From Planctomycetota bacterium (GTDB taxonomy: Bacteria > Planctomycetota > B15-G4), in NCBI GenBank assembly GCA_965248575.1, contig CBDFJQ010000002.1, positions 288,001 to 352,000 of the forward strand: a stretch of DNA of 64,000 nt, in the 5' to 3' direction. The translations under genes were made by a program, and so were the position numbers. Of this stretch, positions 1 to 10,398 are shown in pieces. The notes beneath the pieces are model-generated. The model saw only the letters and a list, made by a program, of their open reading frames with translations, was not told the origin of the DNA and made no database searches. Within the stretch, counting starts at the first letter, position 1; each line of letters begins with the position of its first letter.

Positions 1-1
1 A

Positions 2-742
2 CTCAGCGCAGGCAACCTCCTGAGCGCCGTCGACGGCTTGCAGCAAGTGCTTGAGCCCGAACGCGATCAGGACGGCATTCTGGGCATCCTGCCTCACGCC
101 TCGGCCTACGGATTGGTCTGCACCCTCTGGTTTCCACTGCTGACATCCACGCGCGTGTGCTGGGTGAAAGAGGGAGACGATGGTCTTGCCGCGGGCAAGG
201 CCGTGGTGCGCCACGGCCTGACGTACTTCTTTGGAACGCCTGGCCACATCGACCTCCTGAGTCGCGAGGCCAAGTCCGGGCATCTGGGCAGCCTGCGTCT
301 CGTCGTCTGCGGTGAGGGCCATCTCAGCTCGGCCTCTCGAGCGAAGTTCGAGGACCGCTTCGGGCTCGCACCGACGTCCGCCCTCACATCCACCGCTTGC
401 TCCGGGCTCGTGGCGCTCAACACGCCGGATGTGCGCACCGCAGGCCACTACCAGAAGGGGACCCAGGAAGGTTCGGTGGGTCATCCCTTGCCGCGGGTCT
501 TGCTCGACGTGTCGGGTGGGCAGCCGTCGGACGGGGCGCGGCAGGAGCAGAGGCCGCCGTCACGGGGGCAGGCGCTGGGGCTGATCCGGGTGCGCGGCGC
601 CTGCCTCAGCCGCCGGGTCGAAGGCGGGCGCCTGCTGCCACCCGAAGACTCTGTGCAGCTGAACGAGCGGGGCCACGTGGACCGACACGGCTTCCTCTAC
701 CTGGCGCCGGAGCCCGAATCCGTCGAAGACGGCGATTCATAG
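2..742 (+). CDS. C-terminal part of an Aas-like acyl-ACP synthetase / AMP-binding domain protein (5' partial, degenerate motifs)
   Basis: Frame is open from the window edge (LSAGNLL); LPHASAYG and VALNTPD..QKG...GSVGHPLP segments resemble Aas; ends just after HVDRHGFLYL. Confidence 0.7.
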   Translation, partial: LSAGNLLSAVDGLQQVLEPERDQDGILGILPHASAYGLVCTLWFPLLTSTRVCWVKEGDDGLAAGKAVVRHGLTYFFGTPGHIDLLSREAKSGHLGSLRLVVCGEGHLSSASRAKFEDRFGLAPTSALTSTACSGLVALNTPDVRTAGHYQKGTQEGSVGHPLPRVLLDVSGGQPSDGARQEQRPPSRGQALGLIRVRGACLSRRVEGGRLLPPEDSVQLNERGHVDRHGFLYLAPEPESVEDGDS

Positions 743-750
743 ATCAGGGA

Positions 751-1029
751 TCAGATCGTTTTTCGGCCAAAGGGCCAGAATCGCCGCCGAGGGGGCGCTT
801 CCTCCGGCAGTTCCTTGAGGACCTCCTCGGCTGCCCTCAGGTAGTCCTTCACGCAGGGGACACATCCGCTGTTGCAGCAAACAAAAGAGCGGGGGTCGGC
901 CGTGCCCTGCACGAGCCGGCGAACCGAGTCTCCCAGCATCTCCGGCAGGCCCTGCTTGCGAAGCGCCTTCTGAAACACGCGTTCGAAGCGCGGATGATGA
1001 ATGATGTTCTCGCGAGGGCCGTTCGTCAT
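751..1029 (-). CDS. small Cys-cluster protein (oxidoreductase-like CCxSGCxPCV motif)
   Basis: CCNSGCVPCV motif; start chosen at ATG 1029 within ORF 751..1059. Confidence 0.65.
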   Translation of the reverse strand: MTNGPRENIIHHPRFERVFQKALRKQGLPEMLGDSVRRLVQGTADPRSFVCCNSGCVPCVKDYLRAAEEVLKELPEEAPPRRRFWPFGRKTI

Positions 1030-1100
1030 ATCGTGGAGTCTAGCGTGATGATGGCTCACGCGCTTCGCCGCCTTTCTGTTCCTCGAACGGACTCTCGATC

Positions 1101-1919
1101 ATGAATCGCCTGCTCGCCGTGATGCTCTTGCTGGCTTGCCTGATGCCCGTCGCTTGCCAGACGGCGCCGCTCACGGGTCGCTACCAGTTCCTGCCGATTC
1201 CCGAGTCCACCGAAAACGAGATCGGTCAGTCGGCCTGGGACCAGACTCTCGCCGATGCCAAAGCCCAGGGAACCCTGGTGACCCAGGGCGCGGCGGCCAA
1301 GATGGTCCAGCGCGTGGGCATGGCCATCGCCGCCGCAGCGAAGCGGCATCCCGAGACACGCGAGCTGGCCGAGAGCTACTCCTGGGAGTTCGTGCTGCTG
1401 TCTTCGGACCAGATCAACGCGTGGGCGTTGCCGGGCGGGCGATCGGCGGTCTACACGGGGCTGTTGACCGTCGCGACGAATGAGTCAGAGCTTGCCGCGG
1501 TGATGGGGCACGAGGTGGCGCACGCCTTGGCACGTCACTCGGGTGAGCGCATGGCGCAGAACATGATGGTCCAAGCCGGGCTCACCGTGGCCAACCTCCT
1601 GTCGGGCGAGATGACCGAGGAGAACAGGGGCTTGCTCATGTCCTCGCTCGGCATGGTGGGAGAGGCGGGTGTGTTGCTGCCGTTCTCGCGAGCCCACGAA
1701 TCCGAGGCCGACGAGATCGGCCTGTTCCTCGCTGCGGACGCTGGCTATGACCCGCGCGGCTCAGTCCGGCTCTGGCAGAAGATGGGCGAACTGGGTGGCG
1801 AGCGTCCTCCCGAGTTGCTGTCCACCCACCCCAGTGAGGCCACGCGCATCGAGAAGCTGAGCGACCTCATGCCCAAGGCATTGAAGGTCTACAAGAAGGC
1901 TCAGGCAGCGGGCCGTTAG
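1101..1919 (+). CDS. M48 family zinc metallopeptidase, probable lipoprotein
   Basis: Signal peptide with Cys; INAWALPGG, HEVAH, FSRAHESEAD and LSTHP motifs. Confidence 0.93.
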   Translation: MNRLLAVMLLLACLMPVACQTAPLTGRYQFLPIPESTENEIGQSAWDQTLADAKAQGTLVTQGAAAKMVQRVGMAIAAAAKRHPETRELAESYSWEFVLLSSDQINAWALPGGRSAVYTGLLTVATNESELAAVMGHEVAHALARHSGERMAQNMMVQAGLTVANLLSGEMTEENRGLLMSSLGMVGEAGVLLPFSRAHESEADEIGLFLAADAGYDPRGSVRLWQKMGELGGERPPELLSTHPSEATRIEKLSDLMPKALKVYKKAQAAGR

Positions 1920-1934
1920 GCGACACCACGCGGC

Positions 1935-4900
1935 TCAGGGCGACATCAGCAGATCGTGGGCCGGTGCACTGGTCCACAGGACCCGGGGGTCTACGGGAGT
2001 TCCGGGCGCCACCAGGAGCGCGACCTGGCCTTCGGTGACGTCGAGCTGGAGGGTGGACTCTTCCATGGGCCGCTCGGGCTCGATGCCTGCTCGCACAGGG
2101 GCTATGTAGCGGGGGGCGTCCGTGGCGAGATCCAAGTCGCCGCAGGCGTCGTGCAAGTGGGTGGTGCCTGGCGCGCATCGGTGCAGGAGCGAGGGGCCGA
2201 GTTCTGCGCACACCGCCTCCGCATCCGCAGCGGGGATGAGCCACACGCAGGCCCGTGAAGCTCCGACCGCGATGCCCTGCGTGGGCCCCTTCCAACGGCC
2301 TGCTCGAAAGAGCTGTCGTGCCATCTCGATCGGCATCCGGGCCCACTCGCTTTCCGAAGGGCTGTAGCCGCCACCTCCTGGCGTCGCGATGCAGGCACCC
2401 CGGCGACTCAGCAGATCCTTGCCAGCGGCGCCCGCTTCGGCGCGCAGCCCGAAGGGCCGGGTGCGTCGACGCTCCACCAGTAGCGAGGCGTCGAGGTCCT
2501 GCAGGAACTCCAGCTCGCGCAGCACGCCGTCGCCGCCGCGCCAGACGCCATGCCCCCCGGAACCACGGCGGACTTCGAAGCGCTTCACTAGCACCGGGTA
2601 GCGCTGCTCCAGGATCTCTGGATCGGTGATGCGCGTGTTCGTCATGTGGGTGTGCACCGCGCTGGCGCCGTCGAAGCCGTAGCCGGCCCCCGCGCCGCCG
2701 CAGATGGTCTCGTAGTAGCCAAAGGACTCCGTGCCGAGGGTGAGGTTGTTCATCGTTCCTTGGGAGGCAGCCAGCTTGCCCAAGGCGCCGAACAGGACGT
2801 CGACCACGCGCTGACTGGTCTCGACGTTGCCGCCCACCACGGCCGCCGGGTAGCGCGGGTCCAGCAGGCTGCCGGGCGGGATGCGGATGTCGAGCGGGCG
2901 CAGGCAGCCCTCGTTCAGCGGAATGGAGCGCTTCGCGAGGGTGCGGAAGGCGTAGAGCACAGCGGCACGGGTGACGGCGCGGGGGGCGTTCCTGTTTCCG
3001 GCCTGCTGGGGGGAGGTGCCCGCGAAATCCACCACCGCCTTGTTGCCGTCGATCCGGATGTCGACGCAGAGGCGCGAGCCGTCATCCAGCTCGTCCTGGA
3101 AGGAACCACTCTCGAGGCCGGCGACCACGCCGCTCATGACGTCGGCGGCGTTGTCTTCGACATGCGCCATCCAAGCCTGGACGAGCGCCGTGCCCTCTTG
3201 ATTGCAGAGCTCATGCAGAAGGCTTGCGCCGGCGACGTTGCATGCGACCTGGGCGCGCAGGTCTCCAAGGCGTTCGTCCAAGCCTCGCGCGCCTGCGGCC
3301 AGCAAGCGTTCGCTCAGCTCGGATTCCCGCAGCTCCCCGTCGCGGAGGATCAGCACATCCTGGAAGAGGGCTCCTTCCTGATCGATGTGGGTGGAGTCTG
3401 GAGGCATCGAGCCGGGGGTGATGCCGCCCACGTCAGCGTGATGGCCGCGGTTGGCCACGAGGAAGGCCAGGCGTCCCTCACGGAAGACGGGGGTGACGAC
3501 GGTCAGGTCCGGTAGATGGGAGCCGCCGCCGTAGGGATCGTTGCTGAGCCAGGCGTCACCATCACGCAAGTCTTGGCGCGCGAGAAGGCCGCGCACCGTT
3601 TCACCCACTGCACCCAGATGAACCGGAATATGAGGGGCGTTGGCGACGAGTCGACCCTGGGCATCGAAGAGTGCGCACGAGAAGTCGAGGCGTTCCTTGA
3701 TGTTGGTGGAGTGCGCGACCCGTTGCAGGTGCTCTCCCATCTGGGTCGCAATGGACATGAAGCGGTTCGAGAAGACTTCGAGGCTGACAGGGTCCGGTGG
3801 GTCGCCATCGGTGGTACCGGTGGCGGCATCCGTGGTGGCGTCCGTGGGCGCCTCGCGCGCCAGGCGCAGGCTCGGGGCTTGATCCTCGAGGATCAGGAGG
3901 CCGCGGCCGTCCACCCGAGCCAGCCAACCCTCCTCCACCACGGTGGTGGCGCAGTCCTCCACGATCAGTGCCGGGCCCTGGAGTCGGGACCCTGGTGCCA
4001 GACGTGCACGGATGAAGAGCGGCAGGGGGCCTGAGTTGTCGTCCGGTTGGACGTCATGGGGGACGCAGGGCTTGGCAGCTGCGTGGGGCGAGGCGCTGAG
4101 CGAGACGGCATCGACGCGGGTGGCGACGATCTCCACCTCCCGGTCCGCCTGGATGAAGCCGAAGAGCTGCTGGTGCCTGGCCTCGAAGTCGGTCCGCCAC
4201 TGCTCGGACCAGGGCACGTTGAGCGTGGCATCGACACCGACATAGCGCAGGTCCACAGTCAGCAAGATCTGGATCTCATCCCGTGCGTCGACCCGGGACT
4301 CCAAGGCGGACCGGGCCTCAGCAATCGGGAAGTCGGAATCTTCCAGCGGGAAGGCGTGGGGCCGGACTGGTTGCTTGAGCTGGCGCAGGGCGTGGCGACT
4401 GACGTCGGCCTGACCCAGGCCCCATGCTGACAAGACGCCCGCCATGGGATGGATCAGGACGTGACGGATGCCCAGTGTGCGCGCCAACTCGCAGCCGTGT
4501 TGTGGCCCCGCGCCGCCGAAGGCGCAGAGTGCGTGGTCCCGGGGGTCATAGCCGCGCGCCACGCTGATGCTGCGAATGGCCGCGCCCATGTTCTCGACGG
4601 CGACACGCAGGAAGCCCCGCGCACTGGCCTCCGGGTCCCCGAACTCGCCGAGCCGGGTGCGGGCCGCCTGCATGTCGAGTTCCATGTGTGGGAACCACTC
4701 GGGACGCAGTCGCCCCAGGACGAGGTTGCAGTCGGTGACCGTGGCGGGGCCGCCGCGCCCATAGCAGGCGGGGCCCGGGAGCGCGCCTGCGCTCTCTGGG
4801 CCCACCAGGAAGCGGCCGTCACGCAGGCTGCAAACGGACCCGCCGCCTGCGGCGACCGTCACGATGTTCAAGGCGGGAGCGCGAATGTGGATCCCGTCGA

Positions 4901-5762
4901 TCTCGGTTTCAAAGACCCTCTCCAGCTGCTCGTCGCAGCGGCAGACATCCGTGGAGGTGCCGCCCATGTCGAGCCCGATGACGTTTGTGAAGCCGGCCAG
5001 ACGGGCCACCTCTCGCGTGGCCACGACGCCCCCAGCCGGCCCCGACAGCAGGGCGTCCTTGCCGCTGAACACTCTGCGACCCGTGAGGCCGCCAGAGGAC
5101 TGCATGCAGAGCAGCCGCGCTGCGTCAACGCTCACGGCGTCTACCGAACGTCGCAGGATCGGCGTCAAATAGGCGTCGGCGATGGTCGTCTGGCCTCGTG
5201 GGACCGCGCCGATCTCGGGCGTGACCTTGTGCGAGAGGGTGATGTGCTTCACTCCCTCTTCGCGGGCCACACGCTCCACGAGTTGCTCGTGCGCGGGATT
5301 CACATGGGCATTGAGGAAGAGCACTGCCACGTGCTCCAAACCTTGGAGCGCCTTCCGCAACGCCGGAACGTCGGGGGACACCCGCACCGAGCCGTCCGAC
5401 ATGATCCGTTCGTCCACCTCGACAACCTGCTCGTGCAGAGGCAGGTGCTTCACCACATTCAGGGCGAAGATGTCCGGGCGATCCTGGTTACCGATCTCGA
5501 GCAGGTCCGCGAACCCGCGGGTGGTGAGCAAGGTGACCGACTCGCCCGTGCGTTCCAGCAGGGCGTTGGTGGCGACGGTGGTCCCGAGCCGGAGCTCGGA
5601 CACGGGGTGGCCCAGGTCTTCCTGTTCATGGGCCACTCGCGAGGTGGCATCGCCGTCCTCCGTGCGCGAAAGCAGCTTCCGGATCTGGACCTCTCCAGCC
5701 GGACCCCGAGCCACGACATCCGTAAAGGTGCCACCGCGGTCGACGAGAAGCTGCCAGCTCAC
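1935..5762 (-). CDS. oplA: 5-oxoprolinase (fused hydantoinase A/B type) with C-terminal extension
   Basis: [61 protein letters not shown] and TPGGGGY motifs. Confidence 0.93.
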   Translation of the reverse strand: MSWQLLVDRGGTFTDVVARGPAGEVQIRKLLSRTEDGDATSRVAHEQEDLGHPVSELRLGTTVATNALLERTGESVTLLTTRGFADLLEIGNQDRPDIFALNVVKHLPLHEQVVEVDERIMSDGSVRVSPDVPALRKALQGLEHVAVLFLNAHVNPAHEQLVERVAREEGVKHITLSHKVTPEIGAVPRGQTTIADAYLTPILRRSVDAVSVDAARLLCMQSSGGLTGRRVFSGKDALLSGPAGGVVATREVARLAGFTNVIGLDMGGTSTDVCRCDEQLERVFETEIDGIHIRAPALNIVTVAAGGGSVCSLRDGRFLVGPESAGALPGPACYGRGGPATVTDCNLVLGRLRPEWFPHMELDMQAARTRLGEFGDPEASARGFLRVAVENMGAAIRSISVARGYDPRDHALCAFGGAGPQHGCELARTLGIRHVLIHPMAGVLSAWGLGQADVSRHALRQLKQPVRPHAFPLEDSDFPIAEARSALESRVDARDEIQILLTVDLRYVGVDATLNVPWSEQWRTDFEARHQQLFGFIQADREVEIVATRVDAVSLSASPHAAAKPCVPHDVQPDDNSGPLPLFIRARLAPGSRLQGPALIVEDCATTVVEEGWLARVDGRGLLILEDQAPSLRLAREAPTDATTDAATGTTDGDPPDPVSLEVFSNRFMSIATQMGEHLQRVAHSTNIKERLDFSCALFDAQGRLVANAPHIPVHLGAVGETVRGLLARQDLRDGDAWLSNDPYGGGSHLPDLTVVTPVFREGRLAFLVANRGHHADVGGITPGSMPPDSTHIDQEGALFQDVLILRDGELRESELSERLLAAGARGLDERLGDLRAQVACNVAGASLLHELCNQEGTALVQAWMAHVEDNAADVMSGVVAGLESGSFQDELDDGSRLCVDIRIDGNKAVVDFAGTSPQQAGNRNAPRAVTRAAVLYAFRTLAKRSIPLNEGCLRPLDIRIPPGSLLDPRYPAAVVGGNVETSQRVVDVLFGALGKLAASQGTMNNLTLGTESFGYYETICGGAGAGYGFDGASAVHTHMTNTRITDPEILEQRYPVLVKRFEVRRGSGGHGVWRGGDGVLRELEFLQDLDASLLVERRRTRPFGLRAEAGAAGKDLLSRRGACIATPGGGGYSPSESEWARMPIEMARQLFRAGRWKGPTQGIAVGASRACVWLIPAADAEAVCAELGPSLLHRCAPGTTHLHDACGDLDLATDAPRYIAPVRAGIEPERPMEESTLQLDVTEGQVALLVAPGTPVDPRVLWTSAPAHDLLMSP

Positions 5763-5848
5763 GAGGCGGATTCTAGCCGGGCCATGAAGCCGATGGTTAT
5801 GCTCGCTGCTTGCAGTCTTCCTGCCCTCCCCGCCTTGAGCTCCAAACC

Positions 5849-6190
5849 ATGACTGAGACCACCGTCTACTGCCAGAACTGCGGCACGGACATCACGGGCA
5901 AGGAGAAGACCTTCTACGGCAACGTGTTGTGTGGCGAGGAGTGCCGGGAGCAGCTGTCGGCTGCGGTCTATTTCCGGGACGGCCCTCCCGATGAGGGGGC
6001 AACCTGGTTCTGTCCTCACTGTGCGTCCAAGAATCCCCTGGGCGACCCTCGCGAGGACATCCGGCCGCAGTGTGTCAGTTGCGGCAAGGGGTTGGACCCC
6101 GCCAGCGCTTCGCCCCCCAAGAAGGGGGGCTGCATGCCGATGGTGTTGCTGCCGCTGGGCCTGGCGGTCTACCACCTCTACGGCGGCTAG
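5849..6190 (+). CDS. small multi-zinc-ribbon protein with C-terminal hydrophobic anchor
   Basis: CQNC, CGEEC, CPHC and CVSC motifs; C-terminal MVLLPLGLAVYHLY. Confidence 0.7.
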   Translation: MTETTVYCQNCGTDITGKEKTFYGNVLCGEECREQLSAAVYFRDGPPDEGATWFCPHCASKNPLGDPREDIRPQCVSCGKGLDPASASPPKKGGCMPMVLLPLGLAVYHLYGG

Positions 6191-6231
6191 CCTGCCGCCC
6201 TCAGTGCACCCCGGACGGCCCAGGGCCCAGG

Positions 6232-7014
6232 CTAGGCCAGTTGATCGACGCTCGGGACCTGGATCAGCCGCCCGTCGTCCAGGCACACGGCGCTCAAGCT
6301 GGCGCCCCAGACGCAGCCTGAGTCGAGCCCCAGCACGCCGGGTGCGCGGTGCAGGCCCAGGGCCGCCCAGTGCCCGAAGACCACCGTCGTTTCGGGTGCC
6401 CGGGAGTGGGGGTGCTCGAACCACGGCCGGAAACCCTCGGGTGCCGTGGCGGGCGGTCCCTTGAAGTCTTCACAGAGCTGCCCTGATGCCGAACAGGTCC
6501 GGATCCGGGTGAAGACGGCCGTCCATTGCGCGAGCTGTCCTGGGGCGTAGAGCGCGGCCGTTCCGTCGCGAGCGCGCAGTGTCGTCTCGAGCTCCCGGGC
6601 GTGAGCGATGGCGCTGTCCTCGTCCCAGCTCGGGAGCAGTCCTGCATGCACCATGATCCAACGCCCCAGGAGCGTGGACTGTTCGTGATGGAGCAGCGGC
6701 TGTCGTCTCAGCCAATCCAGGAGTTCATCCCGATCGGGTGCGTTCAGGATGGGTTGCAGAGTGTCCTTTGACGCAAGTTTGCGGTGGCCTGCATGCACGG
6801 CCAACAGATGGAGGTCGTGGTTCCCGAGCACGGTCGTGACACACGACTCGTGGGCGAGAACCCATCTCAGGACTGCGAGGGATTCTGGGCCGCGGTTGAC
6901 CAAATCACCCACCAGCCAGAGTTGATCTCTGCGCGGGTCAAAATCCATGCGAGCCAGCAAACGCTGGAAACTCGCGAAACAGCCCTGGATGTCGCCGAGG
7001 GCGTAAGTCGCCAT
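6232..7014 (-). CDS. apaH: symmetrical bis(5'-nucleosyl)-tetraphosphatase
   Basis: GDIQGC, GDLVNRGP, LGNHDLHLL, VHAG, FGHWAALG and LDSGCVWG motifs. Confidence 0.95.
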   Translation of the reverse strand: MATYALGDIQGCFASFQRLLARMDFDPRRDQLWLVGDLVNRGPESLAVLRWVLAHESCVTTVLGNHDLHLLAVHAGHRKLASKDTLQPILNAPDRDELLDWLRRQPLLHHEQSTLLGRWIMVHAGLLPSWDEDSAIAHARELETTLRARDGTAALYAPGQLAQWTAVFTRIRTCSASGQLCEDFKGPPATAPEGFRPWFEHPHSRAPETTVVFGHWAALGLHRAPGVLGLDSGCVWGASLSAVCLDDGRLIQVPSVDQLA

Positions 7015-7326
7015 GAATGCACGTGTCCTCGCTGATCGAGAGAAGGGGTGTAGGATGGGAAGCCATCGCAACCCCTGCAAGCGGCGGCCTGCCAGGGAGT
7101 GCTTCCCGAAACCCGAAGACGACGTGCCATCCGTGCCCCGATGTGCGCTCCCGATGCGCTCATGGGCTCCTCACCCTGCGGGCGTGGGTCCTGCGGACGA
7201 CCTTCGTTTTGACCAGGTCTCGGAGCATTCCTTAGAGTCCGATGCCTGAGGATGCGCGAGGGCCGGACAGTCCGGCCAGACGTCGATTCCGATTCTTGAT
7301 CCTGTTTGACCCTGGACACCACCCCG

Positions 7327-9324
7327 ATGAACTTGCGTCCAAAAAGCATGCGCTGGTTGGCAGCCATCTGCCTGGCGATCTTCTTCTCCGGCTCCGTGGC
7401 TGAAGCTGTTGCAGCTCAGTCGTCGATTCGAATTCACGCTCGGCTGTTCCGCACCAAGACCGGCAAGAAGGCCGTGAAGTACACGCCCTTCAAGACCAAG
7501 AAGACCGACACCTTCCAGGTGATCGTGAAGCTGTACGAAGATGCAGGGGCGCAAACCCCGCTCTTGGACAGCGATGACCTGCCGTGGGAAGAGAGTGTCC
7601 AGGTGAGTGCGTCCTTCAAGGACCCTTCGGCGCCGGCCGCGCCGCAGAACGGCGTCTTCGTCGAGCCTACAAGCATCAAAGGCGAGCTCGATCTGATCAT
7701 TGGCGCCTCCAAGACCCTGCCCCCAGAGCTGGGGCTGCAGGAGGTTTTCTTCACGACATCCGTGGTGCCCATCAAGAAGAACATCCTGCAGCAGCCGTAT
7801 GAGGCTTCTCCGCCGCAGTTGCTCGGCGTAGCCGGAGTGGTGAGCGGCCTGATCAACCCCACGGAGATCTACCTCGGCGGCGATCTCCTGGTGAACGCCG
7901 CGGGAGAGTGGTTGGGTGACACCTCGAACCTGATGGGAGCACAGGGGCCCATGGGGCTTCCGGGTGCGGACGGACTGGATGGTGCCACCGGACCCACTGG
8001 GCCCACCGGTGCCGTGGGGCCCACGGGGGCGGCAGGCGCGACGGGCGCCATGGGACTGCCCGGCGCTCAGGGCCCGATGGGACTCGATGGGCCCGCCGGA
8101 CCGACGGGCGCCACGGGCGCCGCCGGGCCGACGGGTGCCCAGGGTGACGTGGGTCCGATCGGACCCACCGGCCCGACGGGAGTCACGGGAGCCACGGGAC
8201 CGACCGGTCCCAGCGGACCCCAGGGCGACGACGGTGCTCAGGGGCCCACGGGTCTCCAAGGTGAGCCCGGACCGCCCTTCACGGGCGGCACCGTGGACAG
8301 CATCGTGGCGACGTCAGCGGCCACCGCCTTCGAGGCAACGGCCGGTGACGTGCGCGCCTTCGGCGAGCTGGTCACGAGCAGCGGTGTGGTGCGCAACGAC
8401 CTGAACGGTTCGTTGACCATGCGCAGCCGCTTCGATGTGGACTTCGCCCGCGACGAAGACAACACCCAGCCGGGTGCGTGGTTCCAGTGGTTTGACAACG
8501 GGCAGAACCTGATCCCGTTCGGCAGCGACATCATGCGCTTGGATAACAACGGCGACCTCTTGGTGGCTGGAGCCGTGACGCCCAACGGCCTGGATCTGGC
8601 CGAGTCCTACCCGACGGTGGACGCGACCTTGACGCCTGGAACGGTTGTGGCGGTGGATCCCTCGCGCGCCGAACATGTGCTGCGCGCGAACGGCCTGGGC
8701 GGAAGCGCTTCGACGGTCCTGGGCATCGTGTCTACGGCTCCTGGCGTCAAGCTCTCCGACACCCGTCCGCTGCTCGGGCTGAACCCCGAGCTGCTGATGG
8801 CGTCGCGCCAGGCCATCGCGGCGGGAAACATTGCCCTCGGCCGCGCGTTGCGCCAGCAATGGGTGGGTCTGGAGGAGGCTGCTCGCGACCAGGTGTTCGT
8901 CGCCCTCGCGGGGCGTGTCCCGGTCAGCATCGACCCGGCCTCCGCTTCGATCCGGGCGGGAGATGCGTTGGGTCTCGGTGTCACCCCTGGAACCGCTGCC
9001 CGTCACGGTGGGCGCGGTCCGGTGATCGGTCTGGCTCTTGAGGACTGGGAAGGCAGCGCCAGCATCATGGTCTTCGTCAAGTTGGAGACGGGGACGACGT
9101 CGGCGCCGCCAGCACTGGTGGGGTCGAGCGTCGTGCGCGCCGGCGAGGATGAGGTCGTCGTGAAGAACAGCATCCTGCGGTCTGACTCCCTACCGACGAT
9201 CACCTTCTACGGTGATCCCGGGAGCTACTCCTGGATCGCCGACCGGGGTGAGGGCTACTTCGTTCTCAAGCTCGCGCAGCCGGTCGCCAATGCAGTGAGC
9301 TTCGGATACCAGGTCACTCCCTGA
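7327..9324 (+). CDS. secreted collagen-like fibre protein with C-terminal chaperone-like domain
   Basis: Signal peptide; 38 uninterrupted Gly-X-Y triplets; DLAESY...GIVST.PG...VALAGRVPV...IG.ALE C-terminal region. Confidence 0.85.
   Translation: MNLRPKSMRWLAAICLAIFFSGSVAEAVAAQSSIRIHARLFRTKTGKKAVKYTPFKTKKTDTFQVIVKLYEDAGAQTPLLDSDDLPWEESVQVSASFKDPSAPAAPQNGVFVEPTSIKGELDLIIGASKTLPPELGLQEVFFTTSVVPIKKNILQQPYEASPPQLLGVAGVVSGLINPTEIYLGGDLLVNAAGEWLGDTSNLMGAQGPMGLPGADGLDGATGPTGPTGAVGPTGAAGATGAMGLPGAQGPMGLDGPAGPTGATGAAGPTGAQGDVGPIGPTGPTGVTGATGPTGPSGPQGDDGAQGPTGLQGEPGPPFTGGTVDSIVATSAATAFEATAGDVRAFGELVTSSGVVRNDLNGSLTMRSRFDVDFARDEDNTQPGAWFQWFDNGQNLIPFGSDIMRLDNNGDLLVAGAVTPNGLDLAESYPTVDATLTPGTVVAVDPSRAEHVLRANGLGGSASTVLGIVSTAPGVKLSDTRPLLGLNPELLMASRQAIAAGNIALGRALRQQWVGLEEAARDQVFVALAGRVPVSIDPASASIRAGDALGLGVTPGTAARHGGRGPVIGLALEDWEGSASIMVFVKLETGTTSAPPALVGSSVVRAGEDEVVVKNSILRSDSLPTITFYGDPGSYSWIADRGEGYFVLKLAQPVANAVSFGYQVTP
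7936..8277 (+). repeat. collagen Gly-X-Y coding repeat (38 triplets, GPT/GAT-rich)
   Basis: Counted directly from GAQGPM to GEPGPP. Confidence 0.95.
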
Positions 9325-9378
9325 TTGTCGGAGCCGGCAAGGTCCTGAAGTGAGGCGACCCTCGTCCTTGCTTCGCAA

Positions 9379-9418
9379 GACGCCCGTGAGTCCCGCAGTG
9401 GATTCACGGGCGTTTTTT
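9379..9418 (+). terminator. intrinsic terminator downstream of the collagen-like gene
   Basis: Stem GACGCCCGTGAGTCC / GGATTCACGGGCGTT with 6-nt loop, running into a T tract. Confidence 0.75.
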
Positions 9419-9521
9419 CATTTCCTCGTTCACGGTGAGAGCAGCTCGGGACTCTGTGTGGTGACGGGCCTTCGGCGTTGCTGGGCCCCTTGCCGGTTTC
9501 CCCCTTGGAGGTGCCTTTCAG

Positions 9522-9764
9522 ATGTGTCGCCGTTTTCTTGCGGTGCCCGTGGTGTTCGCAGCCGTCGCCCTGGGATTCGTCCCGGGCCTTGCGCCCCGGG
9601 TGGACGCCGCCATGGACCAGCAGTTCGTTGCGGCCCTGGGTGACGAGCAGGCCGCTGGGAGCTTGTTGACGCTCAACGTGGAGAACACAATCGGAATCCT
9701 GCTTGGAGATCGGGACTATCGAGCGCTCAAGAAGCGTACGTCGACTCACTCGAAGCGCGGTTGA
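9522..9764 (+). CDS. putative small exported protein
   Basis: GGAGGT at 9507-9512 before the ATG; hydrophobic N-terminus; fills the gap before the sigma factor gene. Confidence 0.4.
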   Translation: MCRRFLAVPVVFAAVALGFVPGLAPRVDAAMDQQFVAALGDEQAAGSLLTLNVENTIGILLGDRDYRALKKRTSTHSKRG

Positions 9765-9807
9765 TGGTTGGGGCTCCGGCCCCTCTCTGTTCTCGCGGAG
9801 GTGCTCG

Positions 9808-10398
9808 ATGCACCTGCGGTCTGATGAGAGTGTCTCCTCATCGACACCTGCTCTTCCGTCTGACGACGGGGGGGCAGGTGCGCTGGACACTTGGGTCCGG
9901 CGTGCCCAAGAGGGTGATGGTGAAGCCTTCGGGCGGCTCTACGCACATCATGCGCCGATGCTCCACGCCCTCTTGCTCGCTTCGGTCCAGCCGGCCGACG
10001 CGGACGACCTCCTGCAAGAGGTCTTCCTCTCCGCCTGGAAAGGCGTTGGCGGCTTGCGTTCCACCGAACACGTGGGCGCCTGGCTGTCCGTCATTGCTCG
10101 CAATGCAGCCAGGAGATTTCACAGTCGGGCGAAACCCAGGCCCGAACCCATCCCTGAGATGCTCGTGGATCGCGCGGCCCAGGAGGGCTCGCGGGTCGCC
10201 GAGGGTGGGGAGCTGCTGGAGCTGATCCGCGGCTTGTCCGAAACCTACCGAGAGGCTCTGCTGATGAGGCTTGTAGAAGGCATGAGCGGCCCGGAGATTG
10301 CAGCAGCCACGGGCCTCGGCCAAGAGTCCGTGCGCACCCATTTGAGCCGCGGCATGAAACAGCTGCGCGCTCGGCTCCGACAACGAGGTTGGCAATGA
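9808..10398 (+). CDS. ECF-type RNA polymerase sigma factor
   Basis: AQEGDGEAFGRLY, DDLLQEVFL, WLSVIARN (region 2); EGMSGPEIA..SVRTHLSRG (region 4); start uncertain. Confidence 0.92.
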   Translation: MHLRSDESVSSSTPALPSDDGGAGALDTWVRRAQEGDGEAFGRLYAHHAPMLHALLLASVQPADADDLLQEVFLSAWKGVGGLRSTEHVGAWLSVIARNAARRFHSRAKPRPEPIPEMLVDRAAQEGSRVAEGGELLELIRGLSETYREALLMRLVEGMSGPEIAAATGLGQESVRTHLSRGMKQLRARLRQRGWQ

